The translations under genes and the position numbers were made by a program. The notes beneath the pieces were generated by a model. That model ran no database searches and was not told where the DNA came from. It was given only the letters and a program-made list of their open reading frames with translations. Of a stretch of 64,000 nucleotides of DNA, positions 59,612-64,000 are shown piece after piece. Origin of the DNA: Paraspadella gotoi (lineage: Eukaryota; Animalia; Chaetognatha); contig CM119267.1 in assembly GCA_051294375.1 (NCBI GenBank), positions 4,847,292-4,911,291 on the forward strand, read 5' to 3'. The first letter of the stretch is position 1. Each line of letters begins with the position of its first letter.

Positions 59612-62600
59612 TCTTATCCAGTTTATTCACGTCCGCCGCGAAAAAATAAAAAAATAAAAAAATATTTCGCCAAAACAAGGTATCTAAGTTTTTTATTCGG
59701 ATTTCTTACGACTTTTTCGGTGACTCTCTCTCTCTCTCTCTTGCTCATTTTTTTAAAGTTTTATATTTTTTCGAATTGAGGGACTCGAAGCGCGAAGACC
59801 TAGACTCTCTAAAACCATCAGGATTTGCATATTGAATTATTGCTTTGGCCAGAGAGAGACGCGAACGACGACGAAAACGACGATGAAAACGACGATGACA
59901 AAGACGACGACCAGAGTTACGACATTCGCTTTTCTTTTTCTTTTTATTGTCTTCTTCTTTTCTTTTCTCGCCTCGATATCGTTTCGCGCATCTTATTGTT
60001 CTCGGAGAAATTCTTAGAATAGTGGGTCTTGGAATTTAAAAAAAAAACAAACTCGACTTCATAATTAGTTGCTTGATTGTTAACTCATGATAAGATTATG
60101 TATATTATGTATATATGCTTGATCATCTCTTACTCGCTAAAAAAATTTTGCTTTCGTTTTTTTTTATTGTTCCCTCGAGCCGCTGTTTACTGTTTTTTTT
60201 TCATCGCCGTCGTATCTGTCTGTCTCTCTTTTTGGCCACAGTTCGTCTAACGTGGCTAATGACCGTCCGACCGACCGAACAAAAGATCCGGCCGTGACCG
60301 GGTGCGGCCGGAGAATCTCCGGCGGAGTCGACGATGACTTCCGGATTCGATTTGGAATCGATCAAAGACGAAAACAACTTGTGGTCACGTGATCTCTAGA
60401 AAATTGAGATCACTCGGCGGAATTGTGGATTTATTCAAGAATTATACTAATATATACTAATGAACATCTTGACAAATTAATCGATTGGCTCAATAGTAAG
60501 CTAATGATTAAAATATCTTCTTCAAAAATGTAACAAAATATTATATGTTAATATATGAAATCAGTACAATCAATATAAAAATTATTCTTTCATTCAATAA
60601 ATGGCTGTTATGTATAAGTAAATGTTACAACAAATAACATCTTAAGATAAATACATAACTTTCTGCTTTCGGTTAATTCGCTCTCGATGACCAAACCGTG
60701 AGGTTATGACGGTATATTCACAATTGGGCCAAGCCCATTGGCCCAGGCGTTGCGTTCCATCCACAATTCTAACGACTTCCCTATGCGTTGGTAAAGCTAG
60801 ACCGTTCTAGGCTAACCGAGCCAGTGACAGGGGGCGTCACTGAGCGTCGGAAGCCTCCAAAAGCCAACAGTGAGATGCCCCATCCCAATGGGCATCACAG
60901 GCAACCCGGCTGTTGCCATAAGGTAATCTTGATAAGAAAAAAACCAATCGAACATCACGGAAGCCGAGTTTCTCGATCTTTAAAACTTAAAACGAAACGA
61001 AAATAACTTTTTTTGTCCTTAAAACCGGAAATTCTCGGATGAGGGGAGAATCATTTGGTGAATAAGTCGAACAAAACGACGACGATAAAGACGAAGACGA
61101 CGAATAACGACGATGACGAAGACGAATCTTTGAAACGTAACAGTGGATTACGACTGAGAGATTCTCTTCCATTAAATCGGGGCGAAGCTGGGAATTATAA
61201 TAACTACGGCTCTTAGTTTGTTTTTTTTTCCCCGCGCATTTGTCGTCTTATTCTAATGACGATTCGAGCTATTCGCTGCGGCGTGTCTGCAGCGGCAGCA
61301 GTGGCAGGAGCAGCATCATCACCATGTGTCAGTTTTCTGAAAGAAGTTGGAACTGATTACACTATTAGATAAGAGATAACAAACAGTATTTACTGATTGA
61401 CTGCTGGTTATAAATCGTTTTAATTATACCTAAGGTTATTATTTTCATTTCTTTCATTTTTGATATATATTTTTTTAAACAGCTTATTTTTCACTCATTT
61501 ATCTCAACTCATTTTTTTTTCTGTCGCGAACAAAAGTAAAATCAGAAAATGCGCGACGCCTTTTCGCTTATTTTTTCTTTTTTCCTCCTTTTTTTCATTT
61601 TTCCTCCTTTTTATCCCTTTTTTTCTTTTCCCCCCCTTCCTCCTTTAATCCTATTTTTCTATTCGTTTAATGTCACCATATATCTTTACTTTTTTTTTTA
61701 CTTTTTTCTTTGCTTTTGACATCCCCCCCTCTCTCTCTCTTCTGTCTCTCTCTCTTCTCTTCCTCTCTCTCTCTCTCTCACCTCTCTCTCTCTCTCCTAC
61801 TCTTTCTCACTTCTTCTTCTCTCTCTTCTCATGTCTCTCCTCCTTCTCTCTCTTTCTGATTTAAATTAAAGTTTCTTTACACAAACGCTTCCTTTTTTTA
61901 CTACTCCTCTACTTTTATTCTTCCCTCTTAATTTTTTCCTGTACCTTAATCCAAATTTAACGGCTCTATATTTACGTTTTTTTGTTTTTAACGATGCTTT
62001 CATCCTTTTTCTACTTTCCTCCCCTCTCATCCTCCTCTTTTTCTTTCCTCCTCTCTTTTCTTCTTTCCTTCCTCCTTTCTTCCTCCCCCGATTCTCCTCC
62101 GCCACGCCCAAAAAACTTTCTTTTCTTTCTTTGATCGTCGCCGACGACGTTTGTCTCCTGAGAGGCCGAACGGCGTCGCCTTAATCTCATTTGCATTTTG
62201 CAGTTTGTCAAAGATTATTTTTTAAATAAGTGATAAGTTCTTTCAATGGCTATGTCGATAGCACACACGCAGTCTCTTTCGCCCTTTCTTTGATTAGATT
62301 ACCGTCGGAAAAAAGTATTTCCTTTAAATCGTCAAGCATCGTAAATATTTACAATTAAATTTTACATTGATTGGTGAGACGAAGGTGGCTTGATTGGCCG
62401 CTTCAATAAAAAGATGAACTAACAATAATTTAATAAAATGTCTTTTTTATTTGAATTCTGTTGATATCGTTTTTGTTGTTAATAAAAAAAATTTGAAGAT
62501 CTTCAAAAAAAGTAAAAAAATCTTCGGTTTTAAACAGTAAAGTAGTTTAAACATTCAACACAATTAAAATCAATTATTTACGTATTTCTTGCGAACAACT

Positions 62601-63026
62601 TATACGTGGGACCACGCGTCAAAAATAGTCCTTAACCCGGCCACTATTATAATTAGATTAAGATTCTTTCTTGTAATCAAATGTTTTCCGTTTTCCTAAA
62701 GGTCGAACTTCAAAAATCTCGAATTGGGGTTTGGGATAATAAATCAAGTGGAATAAAATCTTTGTTAACAAAATCCGTAAAACTTGGGATCGATTTTCGA
62801 TTTAATAATACCCACTTCGAATTTTAAAGGGAATTCAGTGAAATTCCTCAAAAAAGAAGAGAGAAAGAAAGAAAGATAGAAAAAAAGAAAAGAGAATTGA
62901 GTGAAATTCCTCACAAAAGAAGAGAGAAAGAAAGAAATAGAAGAAGTCAGGAACGGAAATCAACCTTCACGTCGTCACAGCAACTGGCGGATTTAAAAGT
63001 AAAAGAATAAAAAATAAGAAAAAAAC

Positions 63027-63315
63027 AAGAACGGTAATTCAAAAGTGTTGCGCCGCAGTGACTGCCTTATAACATGATATTACATGACATGACCTGTCTT
63101 TCTTAGCCCGTTTATTTATGACACGCACTGTATCGGAATTCGTCTTTTATTAGTTATAGGATTTCCTGAAGTTATGAGCATTTTTAACGTAAGTGGGACA
63201 GACTGACGGACAGACATACCGACCGACAGACCGACGAACCGACAGACCGACCCACAGATCGACCGAAAAGTGACTTACAGAGTTGCTCCGCGAGTACTCG
63301 CGTCGCAACTAAAAA
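63027..63315. mobile_element. HINE/DINE-1-like element, copy B
   Basis: Same ends, microsatellite and palindrome as 18461-18823. Confidence 0.65.
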
Positions 63316-63511
63316 GGGAAGAAATGTTAATACTTTTTTTTGTTTCGAACTGGAGACTAAAAAAATGAGATTCTCAAGTCAAAAGGATTTTATTTTTGTT
63401 TTTACTTTTTCCCTTTTTAGAGTAAAAGAGACTTGAAGGTACTTCTTTTGGTACTAATTAAATGAAAAAGAAAAAGATTTTAAAAATAAAAGAAACAAAA
63501 AAGCAAGAAAA

Positions 63512-63751
63512 ATGTTTGGATTTAAAATTCGATTATAATATTCCCGTGTTGTTTTGAAATCTGAATTTATTTAGCGAATTTGTAAATGTTAAAAAGGTTT
63601 AATAAATAGATGTTTGAATTTAAAATTCGATTATAATATTCCCGTGTTGTTTTGAAATCTGAATTTATTTAGCGAATTCGTAAATGTTAAAATAGTTTAA
63701 TAAATAGATGTTTGAATTTAAAATTCGATTATAATACTCCGGTGTTGTTTT
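63512..63751. repeat. 98-bp tandem repeat, ~2.4 copies
   Basis: TGTTTG(G/A)ATTTAAAATTCGATTATAATA recurs at 63513, 63611, 63709. Confidence 0.92.
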
Positions 63752-64000
63752 GTTGGGCAATTGTTCTTTTGTTCGATTCCTGGCGTTAATCGCCTCCGCC
63801 GTTACTTATATACGTGTTTGTATTTTCACACAGTTTTTTGTTCGCTTAATCTTAGGGTTATCGAACGCCTTATTTTTTTCGGCTATTCCCTCCGTCTGGG
63901 GCTTCGCTTTGTCTGCGCCCGATTCGACGCCCATGTCGTTTGTTTGTTGTCTGCAGAGAGCCACATATCTTCAGTCTCAGACTCCGTGTTTAAAATATCA

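Overview
Animal (metazoan, probably invertebrate) nuclear DNA: AT-rich, intron-rich and full of (GA)n/(CT)n microsatellites. Most ORFs in the supplied track are microsatellite or antisense artefacts. Three spliced genes were reconstructed by hand. (1) A class A GPCR on + (1402-15710; start exon not found) with a 6-Cys ECL2 and a very long ICL3. (2) Paxillin on - (50425-17839; LD1/LD2/LD4/LD5 plus 4 LIM domains), with 13- and 15-nt microexons, a GC donor, several A-rich AAG acceptors and a candidate 443-codon alternative first exon that rebuilds LD1. (3) EDC3 on + (51183-54432, 12 exons, 615 aa), head-to-head with paxillin. Repeats include a tRNA-headed SINE-like element carrying a twister-ribozyme-like fold, two HINE/DINE-1-like copies, a MITE-like family filled with degenerate telomere-like repeats and probable LINE 3' fragments. 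An 8-box CCAAT cluster lies at 57.2-57.6 kb. The best leads are the tRNA-head+twister element, complementary low-complexity intron ends coupled with A-rich acceptors, and the alternative paxillin N-terminus. All gene models are manual predictions with no transcript or database support.
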